NCBI GenBank assembly: GCA_945787715.1
Contig: CALZJE010000003.1
Location: forward strand, 6,088 to 70,087
DNA: 64,000 nt
Reading direction: 5' to 3'
Source: an uncultured Ectothiorhodospiraceae bacterium
Lineage (GTDB): Bacteria; Pseudomonadota; Gammaproteobacteria; S012-40
Positions 40,932-51,443 of this stretch are shown piece after piece. The first letter of the stretch is position 1, and the number at the start of each line of letters is the position of its first letter. The notes under the pieces are model-generated. The model searched no databases, was not told the origin of the DNA, and saw only the letters and a list, made by a program, of their open reading frames with translations. The position numbers and the translations under genes are program-made.

Positions 40932-41792
40932 ATGCCTATTTTTAGCTTGTTGAAAAGATCAGTAACCCAGGAGTGGATACGGAATATCATGCCCATTCCT
41001 AAACTAATATGGCTTTTATCGCTATTATGTTTTCTGGTTGCTGCTCCATTATCTGCAAATGATGATTTGCCATATGTTGCAATAGTCGTCGATGATATTG
41101 GTGATAATTATCCTCGTGGACTAAGAGCGGTCAAACTTCCGGGTCATGTTACTTATTCCATTCTTCCACATACACCATATGGCAAAAATTTAGCTGATCG
41201 AATAAATCGTTCTGGTCGAGAAGTTATGCTTCATATGCCGATGCAGCCGTTGGGTGACGAGAACATGGGCCCCGGTGGATTGCTCAACACAATGCCAAAA
41301 ACGCTATTTATTAAAACGGTTAGAAATAACATCGCTGCAATTCCCTATATCGCAGGCATCAACAATCATATGGGCAGTTTGTTAACTCAACAATCGATTC
41401 AGATGAATTGGTTAATGCATGAGCTGAATGATAATAACGATTTCTATTTTGTTGATAGTTATACTCACGCTGGCAGTGTCGCTTTCCGAACCGCACAGAG
41501 GTTTAATGTACCAAGTACGACACGCGATATTTTTCTGGATCATGTTATTGACGCTGGTGAAATAGAAAAGCAATTCTTACGCCTCATAAAAAGAGCCCGA
41601 ATTTTTGGAAGTGCTCTCGGTATTGCTCACCCCCATATGGAAACTTTGCTTGCTCTGGAATACTGGATTCCACAATTAGCGGCTGAAGGTATTGAATTAG
41701 TACCGGTCAGCCAATATATAGAGTTGAAAAATCAAAGGAGTCCAACATGGCAAGCGTCCTTATCCCCCTCGCGCAAGGCTGCGAAGAACTAG
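40932..41792 (+). CDS. Divergent polysaccharide deacetylase family protein (YibQ-like)
   Basis: VAIVVDDIGDN, ILPHTPY, MLHMPMQP and NNHMGS. The start may be Met20 (40989). Confidence 0.8.
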   Translation: MPIFSLLKRSVTQEWIRNIMPIPKLIWLLSLLCFLVAAPLSANDDLPYVAIVVDDIGDNYPRGLRAVKLPGHVTYSILPHTPYGKNLADRINRSGREVMLHMPMQPLGDENMGPGGLLNTMPKTLFIKTVRNNIAAIPYIAGINNHMGSLLTQQSIQMNWLMHELNDNNDFYFVDSYTHAGSVAFRTAQRFNVPSTTRDIFLDHVIDAGEIEKQFLRLIKRARIFGSALGIAHPHMETLLALEYWIPQLAAEGIELVPVSQYIELKNQRSPTWQASLSPSRKAAKN

Positions 41793-42301
41793 AAGCCATC
41801 ACAATTGTTGATTTATTGCGTAGAGCGGGTATCGAAGTTGTTGCAGCTGGATTAACTCATGAGCCGATTAAGGCGAGTCGCGGTACCACCCTAATTGCAG
41901 ATTCTCTATTAAGTGATGTAATCGATCGTGACTATGATATGGTCGTGCTACCCGGTGGTTTGCCAGGTGCAGATCATTTAAACGGCAATAGGCAATTGCA
42001 TCAGTTGTTACAAAAAATGAATTCAAACGGAAAATGGTTAGCGGCAATTTGTGCAGCACCAAAAGTTTTTGCGAAAGCTGGTTTGCTTAAAGGTAAAAAA
42101 GCGACAAGTTTTCCCGGTTCATTGGATGGATACGATCTTTCAGAGATAGATTATCGGGAAGAAGCTATTGTGATTGATGGGAATTTGGTCACATCGCGTG
42201 GCCCTGGTACAGCAATGGATTTTGCTTTAACGTTAATTGAACTGCTGGAAGGCAAAGAAACAAGAGATGCAGTAGAAAAGCCATTACAACGCCCAACTTA
42301 G
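41747..42301 (+). CDS. DJ-1/PfpI family protein (YajL-like)
   Basis: VLIPLAQGCEELEAITIVDLLRRAG, VLPGGLPGA, and the nucleophile elbow AAICAAP. Confidence 0.85.
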   Translation: MASVLIPLAQGCEELEAITIVDLLRRAGIEVVAAGLTHEPIKASRGTTLIADSLLSDVIDRDYDMVVLPGGLPGADHLNGNRQLHQLLQKMNSNGKWLAAICAAPKVFAKAGLLKGKKATSFPGSLDGYDLSEIDYREEAIVIDGNLVTSRGPGTAMDFALTLIELLEGKETRDAVEKPLQRPT

Positions 42302-42309
42302 AATCGCTA

Positions 42310-42353
42310 GGAGCTTGTCCGAGTATGCGTTCTATTCTCGGACAAGCTCCTTT
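42310..42353 (+). terminator. Strong hairpin terminator
   Basis: Perfect 14-bp stem GGAGCTTGTCCGAG-N13-CTCGGACAAGCTCC followed by TTTGG. Confidence 0.75.
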
Positions 42354-42436
42354 GGAACTGTGCTGATATTAATCAGTCTACGTAGTCATTCTACGACATT
42401 ATCTATTAAACACTATATTTTGGAAGATACATCTAC

Positions 42437-43408
42437 ATGAGTTCTGCATTTGAAAGCATCAAATCTTATTTAAACTATCTTGATCAGCAAATTATTGGTC
42501 AAACTACTTTAACTAAACGCCTATTTATTGCACTACTTGCTGATGGTCATTTGTTAGTGGAAGGTGCACCAGGATTGGCTAAAACCACAGCAATCAAAGC
42601 ACTTTCAGATGGTTTGGAAGGAGACTTTCATCGAGTTCAGTTCACACCAGATTTATTACCAGGCGATTTAACCGGCACAGAAATCTACCGCCCACAAGAT
42701 GGATCGTTCGTTTTCCAACAAGGTCCGTTGTTTCATAATCTCTTATTAGCAGATGAGATCAATCGCGCTCCTGCAAAAGTGCAATCAGCTTTATTAGAGG
42801 CAATGGGTGAACATCAAATTACAGTGGGCAGAACAACTTATAAACTGCCTGAACTATTTTTGGTAATGGCAACGCAAAATCCCATCGAACAGGAAGGTAC
42901 ATATCCATTACCTGAAGCACAATTAGATCGCTTTTTACTTCACGTCAATATTACTTATCCTAGTATAGAATCTGAAAAGAAAATTCTACAATTGGTGAGA
43001 AACCAGGCTTTATCAAAACCAGTAACAGCAGTAGAAAAGCCTGAAGAAGTAACCCAAGCTATGCTGTTTGAAGCCCGCGAAGCGACTTTGAATTTACATA
43101 TGTCAGATGCGATCGAAGAATATATTGTGCAACTTATCGCAGCTACACGTAATCCATCGGTATACGGCGATGATTTGGCGAACTGGGTGATGTATGGTGC
43201 CAGTCCTCGTGGGACTATTGCATTGGATCGCTGTTCCCGTGCAGTTGCATGGTTAGCGGGTCGTGATTATGTTTCACCGGAAGATGTGCAGGAAATTATC
43301 GGTGATGTATTGCGTCATCGTATCTTGATGTCATTCGAGGCAGAAGCTGAAGGAATCACTTCAGATAAGTTTATTGAAGAGTTGGTTAATCGCGTTCCTG
43401 TTCCATAA
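42437..43408 (+). CDS. moxR: MoxR-family AAA+ ATPase
   Basis: GHLLVEGAPGLAKT, LLADEINRAPAKVQSALLEAM, and ATQNPIEQEGTYPLPEAQLDRF. Confidence 0.92.
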   Translation: MSSAFESIKSYLNYLDQQIIGQTTLTKRLFIALLADGHLLVEGAPGLAKTTAIKALSDGLEGDFHRVQFTPDLLPGDLTGTEIYRPQDGSFVFQQGPLFHNLLLADEINRAPAKVQSALLEAMGEHQITVGRTTYKLPELFLVMATQNPIEQEGTYPLPEAQLDRFLLHVNITYPSIESEKKILQLVRNQALSKPVTAVEKPEEVTQAMLFEAREATLNLHMSDAIEEYIVQLIAATRNPSVYGDDLANWVMYGASPRGTIALDRCSRAVAWLAGRDYVSPEDVQEIIGDVLRHRILMSFEAEAEGITSDKFIEELVNRVPVP

Positions 43409-44359
43409 ATGGAAAATATCAATCTAAACGAAGTTCCCGATAACGTACTAGTATCTTTAAATAGTTTACTGGCGTTACGATATAGCAGTGGAAAAACTTT
43501 TCACAAAACCTATAAAAAGTCAGGCGCACTAATGTCTGGTAATTTTTCGTCGCCATTCAGAGGTCGTGGTATCGATTTTTCTGAAGTCCGTTTATATCAA
43601 CCGGGCGATGATATTCGCAATATGGATTGGCGCGTCACTGCACGCACCGGCAAACCTCATACAAAATTATTTACTGAAGAACGTGAACGCCCGGTTTTGT
43701 TTGTCTTCGACAGTGGTTCGAGCATGCAGTTTGGAACCAAAGTCGCATTTAAAACCGTGACTGCGGCAAATACCATTGCAATACTGGCTTGGTCGGCAAT
43801 ATCACATGGTGATCGTGTCGGAGGATTGCTATTTGACGGTGAAAATCATGAAGAAGTAAAACCAGCAGGTGGTAAACGCGGCATCTTGAAATTTTTAAAA
43901 AAACTGGTGGATTGGAACAAACAAAGTTTTATTAATCGATCAGAAACCCAGGCGACAAATTTTCATGACGTCGTCGCGCGTTTAAGAAGAACAGCAAAAC
44001 CCGGTAGTCTGGTTTATATCGTGAGTGACTTTATAAACCTTGATAGAAACTCACAGCTCCACTTAGGGCAGATAGCTCAACATTGTGATATTGTTTTAAT
44101 ACAAATTTTCGATGTTATTGAAAAAAATCCACCACCACCGGGAAGTTACATGATCACCGATGGTAAAACATTTGAAAATTTGGCGATGGATAGTGGTGAT
44201 ATGCAAAAGGCATTTCAAAATGAATTTACACATCGGCAAGAAAATATCCAAAAATTTTGTACTAGACACGGCATCCACTATCTATCCTTAAGCAATGCGG
44301 ACAATGTACAACAAGTTGTCCGTGATGAACTGACACACAAAATTCTCAAGACGTTATAA
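43409..44359 (+). CDS. DUF58-domain protein (MoxR partner)
   Basis: FRGRGIDFSEVRLYQPGDDIRNMDWRVTART. Its start abuts the moxR stop. Confidence 0.85.
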   Translation: MENINLNEVPDNVLVSLNSLLALRYSSGKTFHKTYKKSGALMSGNFSSPFRGRGIDFSEVRLYQPGDDIRNMDWRVTARTGKPHTKLFTEERERPVLFVFDSGSSMQFGTKVAFKTVTAANTIAILAWSAISHGDRVGGLLFDGENHEEVKPAGGKRGILKFLKKLVDWNKQSFINRSETQATNFHDVVARLRRTAKPGSLVYIVSDFINLDRNSQLHLGQIAQHCDIVLIQIFDVIEKNPPPPGSYMITDGKTFENLAMDSGDMQKAFQNEFTHRQENIQKFCTRHGIHYLSLSNADNVQQVVRDELTHKILKTL

Positions 44360-44361
44360 AC

Positions 44362-44835
44362 ATGGATCAACTTCAAGAAGCACTAAAAGACTTGAGAGAT
44401 ATACATCAACCAGATCCGGTTTCAATCTGGCCACTGGCTCCCGGTTGGTGGATATTAATCGTTCTAGTGCCGGTGTTGATTTTCTTAATTCGTTATTTAA
44501 TGAAACGAAAAAGTACACCTAATTACAAAAAACTCGCATTAGAAGAACTGCAAAATATTATCGCCGATTTCGAAATTCAGCGAAACAGTCACAAAACAAT
44601 TGGTGAGATTTCGCTTTTTATACGCAAAGCACTAGTTGCAAAAAAGGGTAATGAACAAATAGCAGGCTTAATTGGTGATGACTGGCTGGATTATCTCGAT
44701 AAGATCAGTGGCACAGAACTATTTTCAAAAGGTGGTGCATCAATTATTGCAACATCGCCTTATCGTAAACAGCATGAAGATCACGATTTGCAAGATCTTT
44801 TTTCGGCAACAAAAAGTTTGGTTAAAAAACTATAA
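44362..44835 (+). CDS. DUF4381-like single-pass membrane protein
   Basis: LRDIHQPDPVSIWPLAPGWWILIV.. followed by a transmembrane segment. Its position in the bat operon fits the family. Confidence 0.6.
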   Translation: MDQLQEALKDLRDIHQPDPVSIWPLAPGWWILIVLVPVLIFLIRYLMKRKSTPNYKKLALEELQNIIADFEIQRNSHKTIGEISLFIRKALVAKKGNEQIAGLIGDDWLDYLDKISGTELFSKGGASIIATSPYRKQHEDHDLQDLFSATKSLVKKL

Positions 44836-45839
44836 TGTTTCAATTTGAATGGATCGAAATGTTTCTTTTTTTACCATTACCGTGGCTTGTTACACTGTTA
44901 TTGCCTGGTGATGAGTCAAAAACATCTGCATTGAAAGTGCCTTACTTTAAACAGTGGCATAAAATTCAACAGAGTGTACGTTCAGTTTATCACGGCAAAC
45001 GCAAATCAAGTGTGCTGTTATATTTAGCGTGGGCATTGTTTATCACCGCTGCAGCAAAACCCATGTGGATTGGTGATCCAGTCAGTTTACCTTTGACTGG
45101 GCGTGATCTAATGATGGCTATTGATCTTTCTGGCAGCATGGAAAACCCCGATTTTCTACTCAATGGAGAAAAGGTTGATCGATTAACAGTTGTAAAAAAC
45201 GTCGCAGGCGATTTTATTGCCCGTCGTCAAGGTGATCGCATTGGGTTGATTTTGTTTGGTCGTCGTGCCTATGTGCAAACTCCGCTGACCTTTGATTTAA
45301 AAACTGTTGAATACATGCTGAAAGAAGCTGAGATCGGTTTGGCTGGAAAAGAGACAGCGATTGGGGATGGAATAGGCTTGGCGGTTAAACGACTGCGTGA
45401 CAAACCGGAACAGAGTCGAGTTTTAATTCTCCTCACAGATGGGGCTAATACTGCAGGTGAGATAGAACCACTAAAAGCGGCAGAATTGGCAAAAGAATTA
45501 GGATTAAAGATTTATACGATTGGTGTCGGTGCAGACTCCATGGAAGTCCAAACTTTTTTCGGTCGAAGTCGAGTAAATCCATCTGCTGATCTGGATGAAG
45601 GAACATTAACGAAAATTGCCGCCGAAACCGGTGGTGCCTATTTTCGCGCCAAAGATACAAAGGGGCTGGAAGACATCTACAAAAAGTTGGATGAACTGGA
45701 ACCAGCAATACAAGAAGCTGAAACATTACGACCTCAAAAATCGTTATTCTTTTGGCCTTTGTTAGCAGGTTTGTTAATCGCTTTCATTTACAGCGTTATA
45801 AACACAAAAATTATTTCGTTAAAGGGTGGTAGAGCGTGA
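44835..45839 (+). CDS. batA: VWA-domain membrane protein BatA
   Basis: MMAIDLSGSM (MIDAS), LLTDGANT, and flanking transmembrane segments. Confidence 0.85.
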   Translation: MFQFEWIEMFLFLPLPWLVTLLLPGDESKTSALKVPYFKQWHKIQQSVRSVYHGKRKSSVLLYLAWALFITAAAKPMWIGDPVSLPLTGRDLMMAIDLSGSMENPDFLLNGEKVDRLTVVKNVAGDFIARRQGDRIGLILFGRRAYVQTPLTFDLKTVEYMLKEAEIGLAGKETAIGDGIGLAVKRLRDKPEQSRVLILLTDGANTAGEIEPLKAAELAKELGLKIYTIGVGADSMEVQTFFGRSRVNPSADLDEGTLTKIAAETGGAYFRAKDTKGLEDIYKKLDELEPAIQEAETLRPQKSLFFWPLLAGLLIAFIYSVINTKIISLKGGRA

Positions 45840-47659
45840 TGGAACAAATTCACTTTATGCGTCCCTATTTTTTCCTTTTATTTGTGGTGCTGGTTTTTCT
45901 TTTGTGGCGTTTATACAAGGCGTCGAAGAAAAACAGCGCCTGGTCAGATGTATGTGATCAGCAGTTGATTTCTTATCTATTAGTACAAACGGGGAAGAAA
46001 CGCAGCTACATTCCACTATTTTTACTTGCCGTTGTTGGTGTCTTAACTGTGATTGCTATGGCAGGTCCTGCCTGGGAAAAATTACCACAAGCCGTTTATA
46101 AAGATGAATCTGCACGTGTTTTTGTGTTGGATATGTCGCGCTCCATGGATTCCACGGATATTATCCCTAGCCGCGCTGACCGGGCAAAACTAAAATTGAT
46201 CGATCTACTCAAAGCTAATAAAGAAGGACAGTCAGCACTGGTTGTTTTTGCAGGCCAAGCACATATTGTTTCACCTCTAACAGATGATAGTAAAACTATC
46301 TCAAACATGGTGCCGAGTTTATCGACGGATATTTTACCAGTGCAAGGTAGTCGAGCTGATTTGGCCATCAAAAAAGCGGCATTACTCCTACAACAATCCA
46401 ACAGTGCTACCGGCGATATCATTATGATTACAGATGGTGTCAATCTTGGAAAATCATTAACTCTTGCTGAAAAAGCAGCAGCACGTGGTTATCGATTATC
46501 AATCATCGGTATTGGTACTGAGCAAGGTGCACCTGTTCCCGTTGCATCTGGTGGCTTTTTGAAAGATAACAATGGTGCCATTGTTTTACCTAAACTTGAT
46601 CGAAGTGAATTAAAAGAGTTGGCACTCGCCGGATCAGGGCGTTATCTCGATTTTGCTGTGGATGATAAAGATGTCAGACAGTTGATCACTTCAGCAAATG
46701 ATCGTGAATTAAATAACGAGAATCCTTTCACCCGTGATGTGGATCTCTGGCAAGACGAAGGACATTGGTTTCTGCTCGCTGCACTCCCATTTGCTGCATT
46801 AGGATTTCGTAGGGGATGGTTGGGTTCGGTTATCCTGGTATCGTTTATGTTACCTTCGAATGAAGTTTATGCCTTTGAATGGAAGGATCTTTGGCAAAAC
46901 AAAAATCAACAAGCAGCAGAACAACTACAACAGGGCAATGCTGATAAAGCGGCAACGTTATTTAAAGAAGAGAACTGGAAAGGTACGGCGTACTATCGTA
47001 ATGGTGATTTTGAAAAAGCGGCTGAGTATTTTTCTGAAACGGATTCGCCAGATGGAAAATACAACTACGCTAATGCATTAGCCAGGCAAGGCAAGCTACA
47101 AGAAGCGATGGATCTCTATGATGAAGTGTTGAAAGATAATCCCGAACATGAAGATGCAAAATTTAATAAAGAACTGGTCAGCAAGTTAAAACAAGAGCAG
47201 CAATCTGATCAAAAATCGGAGAGCGATGAGAATCAGGATGGTGAAAAGCAGGACGGTGAAAAAAACGACCAGCAAGATCAGTCACAATCTGATGAGTCAC
47301 AAGAGTCCGATCAACAGCAACAAAATCAATCTTCCGAATCTCAAGATGGAAAGGAAGGTGAGCAAGACCAGCAACAAATGAACGAACAAAAAGAATCTGA
47401 ACAACAACAATCAGAAGAGCAAAAAGCAGCTCAACAGCAACAAGACGAACAAGAGCAAGACAGCCAGCAAGAAGAACAAGTGCAAAAGCAGGAAAGTGAA
47501 GATAAGAGTGCCGAAGATGCTGAACGCAAGGAGATTCGACAAGCTACAGAACAGTGGTTAAGGCGAATACCCGATGATCCTGGTGGCTTGCTACGTGAGA
47601 AATTTCGCCGGGAAAATTTGCGTCAACGAGGTAGAGAAAATACGGAGGACGAGTGGTGA
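45836..47659 (+). CDS. batB: VWA + TPR protein BatB (BatB/BatC-like fusion) with acidic low-complexity tail
   Basis: VFVLDMSRSM, MITDGVN, TPR repeats (YYRNGDFEKAAEYF, ALARQGKLQEAMDLYDEVL), then a Q/E/D/S-rich tail. Confidence 0.8.
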   Translation: MMEQIHFMRPYFFLLFVVLVFLLWRLYKASKKNSAWSDVCDQQLISYLLVQTGKKRSYIPLFLLAVVGVLTVIAMAGPAWEKLPQAVYKDESARVFVLDMSRSMDSTDIIPSRADRAKLKLIDLLKANKEGQSALVVFAGQAHIVSPLTDDSKTISNMVPSLSTDILPVQGSRADLAIKKAALLLQQSNSATGDIIMITDGVNLGKSLTLAEKAAARGYRLSIIGIGTEQGAPVPVASGGFLKDNNGAIVLPKLDRSELKELALAGSGRYLDFAVDDKDVRQLITSANDRELNNENPFTRDVDLWQDEGHWFLLAALPFAALGFRRGWLGSVILVSFMLPSNEVYAFEWKDLWQNKNQQAAEQLQQGNADKAATLFKEENWKGTAYYRNGDFEKAAEYFSETDSPDGKYNYANALARQGKLQEAMDLYDEVLKDNPEHEDAKFNKELVSKLKQEQQSDQKSESDENQDGEKQDGEKNDQQDQSQSDESQESDQQQQNQSSESQDGKEGEQDQQQMNEQKESEQQQSEEQKAAQQQQDEQEQDSQQEEQVQKQESEDKSAEDAERKEIRQATEQWLRRIPDDPGGLLREKFRRENLRQRGRENTEDEW

Positions 47660-49443
47660 GTAAGCGAGATAGAACAGTTGAACCATGGAAAGTGACACAA
47701 CCCAATGTTTCCCAGTTTAATCGCCTGGTCATCCTATTTTTATGTTTATTTTTTGCGTTTGATGTTAGCGCGAAAGTAAAAACGATGGTTGATCGAACCA
47801 CCATAGAATTTGGCGAAACCTTTCAATTAACCGTCGAAACCGACGGTGATGAACCTGAGTTGGATGTGCTTGAAAACCAATTCAACGTATTGGGAACTTC
47901 CGTGAATACTAGTGTGAGCATTATTAATGGTTCCTTGGAAAGTGTTAAAAAATGGATCGTGACACTGTCACCAATCCAAATAGGAAGCTTTGTCATTCCC
48001 GGCATTCGAGCAGGTAATAGCAAATCGGCACCTATACAAGTGGAAGTGATCCAACCAGTGATTCAAAAATCGGGAGAAGGACGGGATATTTTTCTCGAAG
48101 CTAAGGTAGACACCCCTAAAGCCTATGTGCAATCACAAGTTGTTTACACTGTGCGTTTATATCGAGCCGTTGAAATTCGTGAAGCATCACTGACTGAACC
48201 GGATTTGAATGACGTGGTACTGGAGCGTTTTGGTGAAGACATAACGTTTCAAACGCGTCGTAATGGTCGGCTTTATCATGTCACGGAGCGCAAGTTTGCT
48301 ATCTTTCCACAAAAGAGTGGAACATTGAATATACCGCCTGTGATATTCCAAGGTCAGATTCCCGATACCCGTTCGGGCCAACAACGTCAAACTAACGATC
48401 CATTCAATCGGTTTTTTCAAACCCAGCGCATGAAACGAATTCGAATTCAAAGTGAAGCTGTGGATTTAGACGTTAAACCGGAACCAGCAGCAACCAGTGC
48501 CAAGCATTGGTTGCCTGCTAAAGCATTTGAAATAACAGAAGCCTGGTCACCAGACCCACCAGTATTTAAAGTGGGTGAACCGATCACGCGAACACTGCGT
48601 ATGGAAGCGACAGGCCTGACTGGCGCTCAGTTGCCTGAACTAAAACTGTTTAACTCAAACGGCATAAAACAGTACAACGATCAGCCCGTGGTTGAAACAA
48701 AGTGGATTAATGCTTCATTGCATGGAATTCGTGTTGAAAAGTTTGCCATTGTACCAACGGAGAGTGGCAAATTAGTGCTTCCTGAAATTCGTCTCTACTG
48801 GTGGGATACAGAATTTGAGCGTGAAAAATCAATCTCAATTCCACCAAAAGTGATTAATGTTGCGGTAGCAGATAATGTAGCTCCTGCACCCCAAATACAA
48901 CAGTCAGCAGCTACCATTTCGGAAGAATCAGTTAGCAACATGGCTGATACAGCGAAAGACGTGGTTAAAATAGTTGTTGATGCAGGTAGGTGGCCACTCA
49001 TTGCATTGGTGTTAGGCCTGGGTTGGTTGGCCACGATTATCGCAATAGTGATTTTATGGCGACGGCAGAAAACCTTGGAGCCAGGCGTAGCTAGCACTAA
49101 CTCTTCTGTTGTTGATCAAGCTTCCATTGCACAAGCTAAAAGCCAATTAAAAACTGCGTGTAACGCAAACGATGCGGCGGCAGCTAATCAAGCGCTACTT
49201 ACCTGGGCCTCTGCAATGTGGCCAGAAGACCCACCGAGAAGTTTGTCCGTCATTGCTAAAAAAATGCACGATTCGACGTTAAGCCAACAGTTTAGGGAGT
49301 TAAACCATCGACTTTATTCAAAAGAAGAGAGAGCATGGGATGGTAATGCGTTTTGGAATGACATCTCTGTAAGGTTAAAAAAAACTCGGGAAACGAAAAA
49401 TAAAAAGGTAGAATCGTTACCAGATCTGTATCCACAATATTAA
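47653..49443 (+). CDS. batD: BatD (oxygen-tolerance) family protein
   Basis: N-terminal signal, repeated beta-sandwich-like modules, one C-terminal transmembrane segment (WPLIALVLGLGWLATIIAIVILW). Last large gene of the bat operon. Confidence 0.8.
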   Translation: MVSKRDRTVEPWKVTQPNVSQFNRLVILFLCLFFAFDVSAKVKTMVDRTTIEFGETFQLTVETDGDEPELDVLENQFNVLGTSVNTSVSIINGSLESVKKWIVTLSPIQIGSFVIPGIRAGNSKSAPIQVEVIQPVIQKSGEGRDIFLEAKVDTPKAYVQSQVVYTVRLYRAVEIREASLTEPDLNDVVLERFGEDITFQTRRNGRLYHVTERKFAIFPQKSGTLNIPPVIFQGQIPDTRSGQQRQTNDPFNRFFQTQRMKRIRIQSEAVDLDVKPEPAATSAKHWLPAKAFEITEAWSPDPPVFKVGEPITRTLRMEATGLTGAQLPELKLFNSNGIKQYNDQPVVETKWINASLHGIRVEKFAIVPTESGKLVLPEIRLYWWDTEFEREKSISIPPKVINVAVADNVAPAPQIQQSAATISEESVSNMADTAKDVVKIVVDAGRWPLIALVLGLGWLATIIAIVILWRRQKTLEPGVASTNSSVVDQASIAQAKSQLKTACNANDAAAANQALLTWASAMWPEDPPRSLSVIAKKMHDSTLSQQFRELNHRLYSKEERAWDGNAFWNDISVRLKKTRETKNKKVESLPDLYPQY

Positions 49444-49452
49444 AGGTTTCCA

Positions 49453-50043
49453 ATGGCTGGCAAACAAAAATCTAAAAGAAATTTAAAAAAAGAGGTTGTT
49501 CGTCTTTTTGAGCGATCATTTGATCTACAAAAACTGGATTACAAAAAACGCAGTATGTCATTAAAGCCAAAATCCATGTTGGTGGGTTTAGGTGTGGCAG
49601 CTGGTCTATATATCATTGGATTTGCATTGGCAAATTACGCAATGAGTAACAATGTTATTCCCTTGGAAGCCTTTGCAAAGCTGGTCTGGATAATGATGAT
49701 TCCAACAACTATCGTGGGAGCTCTAGCTTGGCAGATTGCAAAAAACCGAATGGAGTATCCTATTCGTCAGGATGTGCGTGAATATATGCACGGCCTGGAA
49801 CAGACAGGTGGATTATTGTGGAAATTCTCTCCGCTGATGGATATTATTGGTATAGACGATATGACCACCAAACGCGCACTAGCCCAATCCAAAGAGGACA
49901 AGTGGGAAGAAATAGAAATTGAAGACTACACCGATGCCGTATTTGCCCTGAACAAAGCGTTAGAGGGAACGGAAAACAAACAGTTTTCAACAGTCGTTGC
50001 AGAAGCCGTGTTAGAAAATTTCGGTAAGCTAGAAGCCAATTAG
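49453..50043 (+). CDS. Hypothetical two-TM membrane protein
   Basis: 196 aa with two hydrophobic helices (LVGLGVAAGLYIIGFALANYA and LVWIMMIPTTIVGALAW). Begins 10 nt after batD. Confidence 0.45.
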   Translation: MAGKQKSKRNLKKEVVRLFERSFDLQKLDYKKRSMSLKPKSMLVGLGVAAGLYIIGFALANYAMSNNVIPLEAFAKLVWIMMIPTTIVGALAWQIAKNRMEYPIRQDVREYMHGLEQTGGLLWKFSPLMDIIGIDDMTTKRALAQSKEDKWEEIEIEDYTDAVFALNKALEGTENKQFSTVVAEAVLENFGKLEAN

Positions 50044-50053
50044 GCATCTTCAG

Positions 50054-50761
50054 TTGAAAAAAGGAACAGACTATCAGGTGAGAGTAAGTGCGCGCGCTAA
50101 ACGCATGCGTATTAAAATCTCACCTGTTGGTAGTATAGAGGTTGTTATTCCAAAGCGAATATCATCCTTAGAAGTTGATCACTTTGTGCAAAGTAATATT
50201 GACTGGATCAACAACACCCAACAAAAACTCTCCGCACTTCGAGAAACAACACCTGAACTTGATTATTCCCCTCCCGATACCATTAACTTTGTGGCTGTCG
50301 ACAAAATATTCACCGTTCACTATAAATCCAATACCGACGAAAAATCTATCGTCGAAGATGGCCGACGACTAGCTATCAATGCATCTAATGATGATGAACG
50401 TCGAGATATTCTGAAATTTTGGCTTCGACAAAAAGCCAAACAAATACTCACACCCTGGATAAGCGAAGTCGCTCAACAACACGGATTTCAATTCAACCGA
50501 GTTACCATCAAAGCACAAAAAACTCGTTGGGGTAGTTGTTCCGCGATAAAGAATATTAATCTGAATAGAAATCTTCTTTTTGTTCCACCTGAGCTCGTTC
50601 ATTATTTGTTTGTTCATGAGTTAAGTCATTTGATTCATCTAAATCATTCGGCGGAGTTTTGGGATTTGGTTTCAACGTTTGAGCCTGGTTATAAACAACT
50701 AGATATGGCGCTAAATCGGGCGACACGGGATGTACCGTTGTGGGCTATGGATTTAAATTAA
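50054..50761 (+). CDS. YgjP-like (DUF45, M48-superfamily) metal-dependent hydrolase
   Basis: RWGSCS and VHELSHLIHLNHSAEFW (HExxH). Uses a TTG start. Confidence 0.8.
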   Translation: MKKGTDYQVRVSARAKRMRIKISPVGSIEVVIPKRISSLEVDHFVQSNIDWINNTQQKLSALRETTPELDYSPPDTINFVAVDKIFTVHYKSNTDEKSIVEDGRRLAINASNDDERRDILKFWLRQKAKQILTPWISEVAQQHGFQFNRVTIKAQKTRWGSCSAIKNINLNRNLLFVPPELVHYLFVHELSHLIHLNHSAEFWDLVSTFEPGYKQLDMALNRATRDVPLWAMDLN

Positions 50762-50830
50762 CAAGCTTAGTCAAAAGATATTTCTTTTAAGGGTACTGAT
50801 CCCTTTTATACATATTAAAGAAAATAATCA

Positions 50831-51280
50831 ATGCAAAAATTAATACGTAGAAAGATATTTCTAATACTACTATTTGCATGCCTGCCTATAAATTCTGCGG
50901 ATTTCGTTCTCCCTATTGAGTTAACTTGTAAAATATTCTTTTCAAATTATGCTGGTGTGAAACAGGCGGAAATTACAAGAATAGTTGTTTTGAAACATCT
51001 AAAGCATAATGCGAATGGCAGGGAAATGATTTCTCAAACCGATGATTTTGAGTTTTGGGTTATGTTGCACAGTGCTCAAACGCTTGATGGAAAACGATTT
51101 GTGAATAATTTTCAAGTTGCTATAAAAGAAAAAAAGACCGGTTTATTCGCACACGCGATGAGTGATTCCAGTCATTCATTTGACGTTAAACCAAAATCTG
51201 CAAGAATTAGTTTCGTGGAATATCATCCGGAATCTTTTATTGAAAGCGGTGAGTTATTTTTTAAGTGTGACTCTTTTTGA
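50831..51280 (+). CDS. Hypothetical secreted protein
   Basis: 149 aa with signal-like MQKLIRRKIFLILLFACLPINSA. No family recognised. Confidence 0.4.
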   Translation: MQKLIRRKIFLILLFACLPINSADFVLPIELTCKIFFSNYAGVKQAEITRIVVLKHLKHNANGREMISQTDDFEFWVMLHSAQTLDGKRFVNNFQVAIKEKKTGLFAHAMSDSSHSFDVKPKSARISFVEYHPESFIESGELFFKCDSF

Positions 51281-51443
51281 AGCTATTTCGCGGCTGAAGG
51301 GGCAATCATTAGGATGAAAGAAACAGGTATATAGCACAACCCTATTTTCACTCCTCCTCATTCTTAGTTCAGATGGTAAAAATTCGTTGGAGGTCTGTGT
51401 GCATTAGCTATCGAAGTCAAAAAGCTAGCAAATTATCTTGAAT

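Noticed and set aside
41747-41792. 46-nt overlap between the YibQ-like and DJ-1-like genes, considered as a possible frameshift or fusion.
   Set aside because: Both proteins are complete with their family motifs. The overlap is only a non-conserved-looking C-terminal tail of the first gene.
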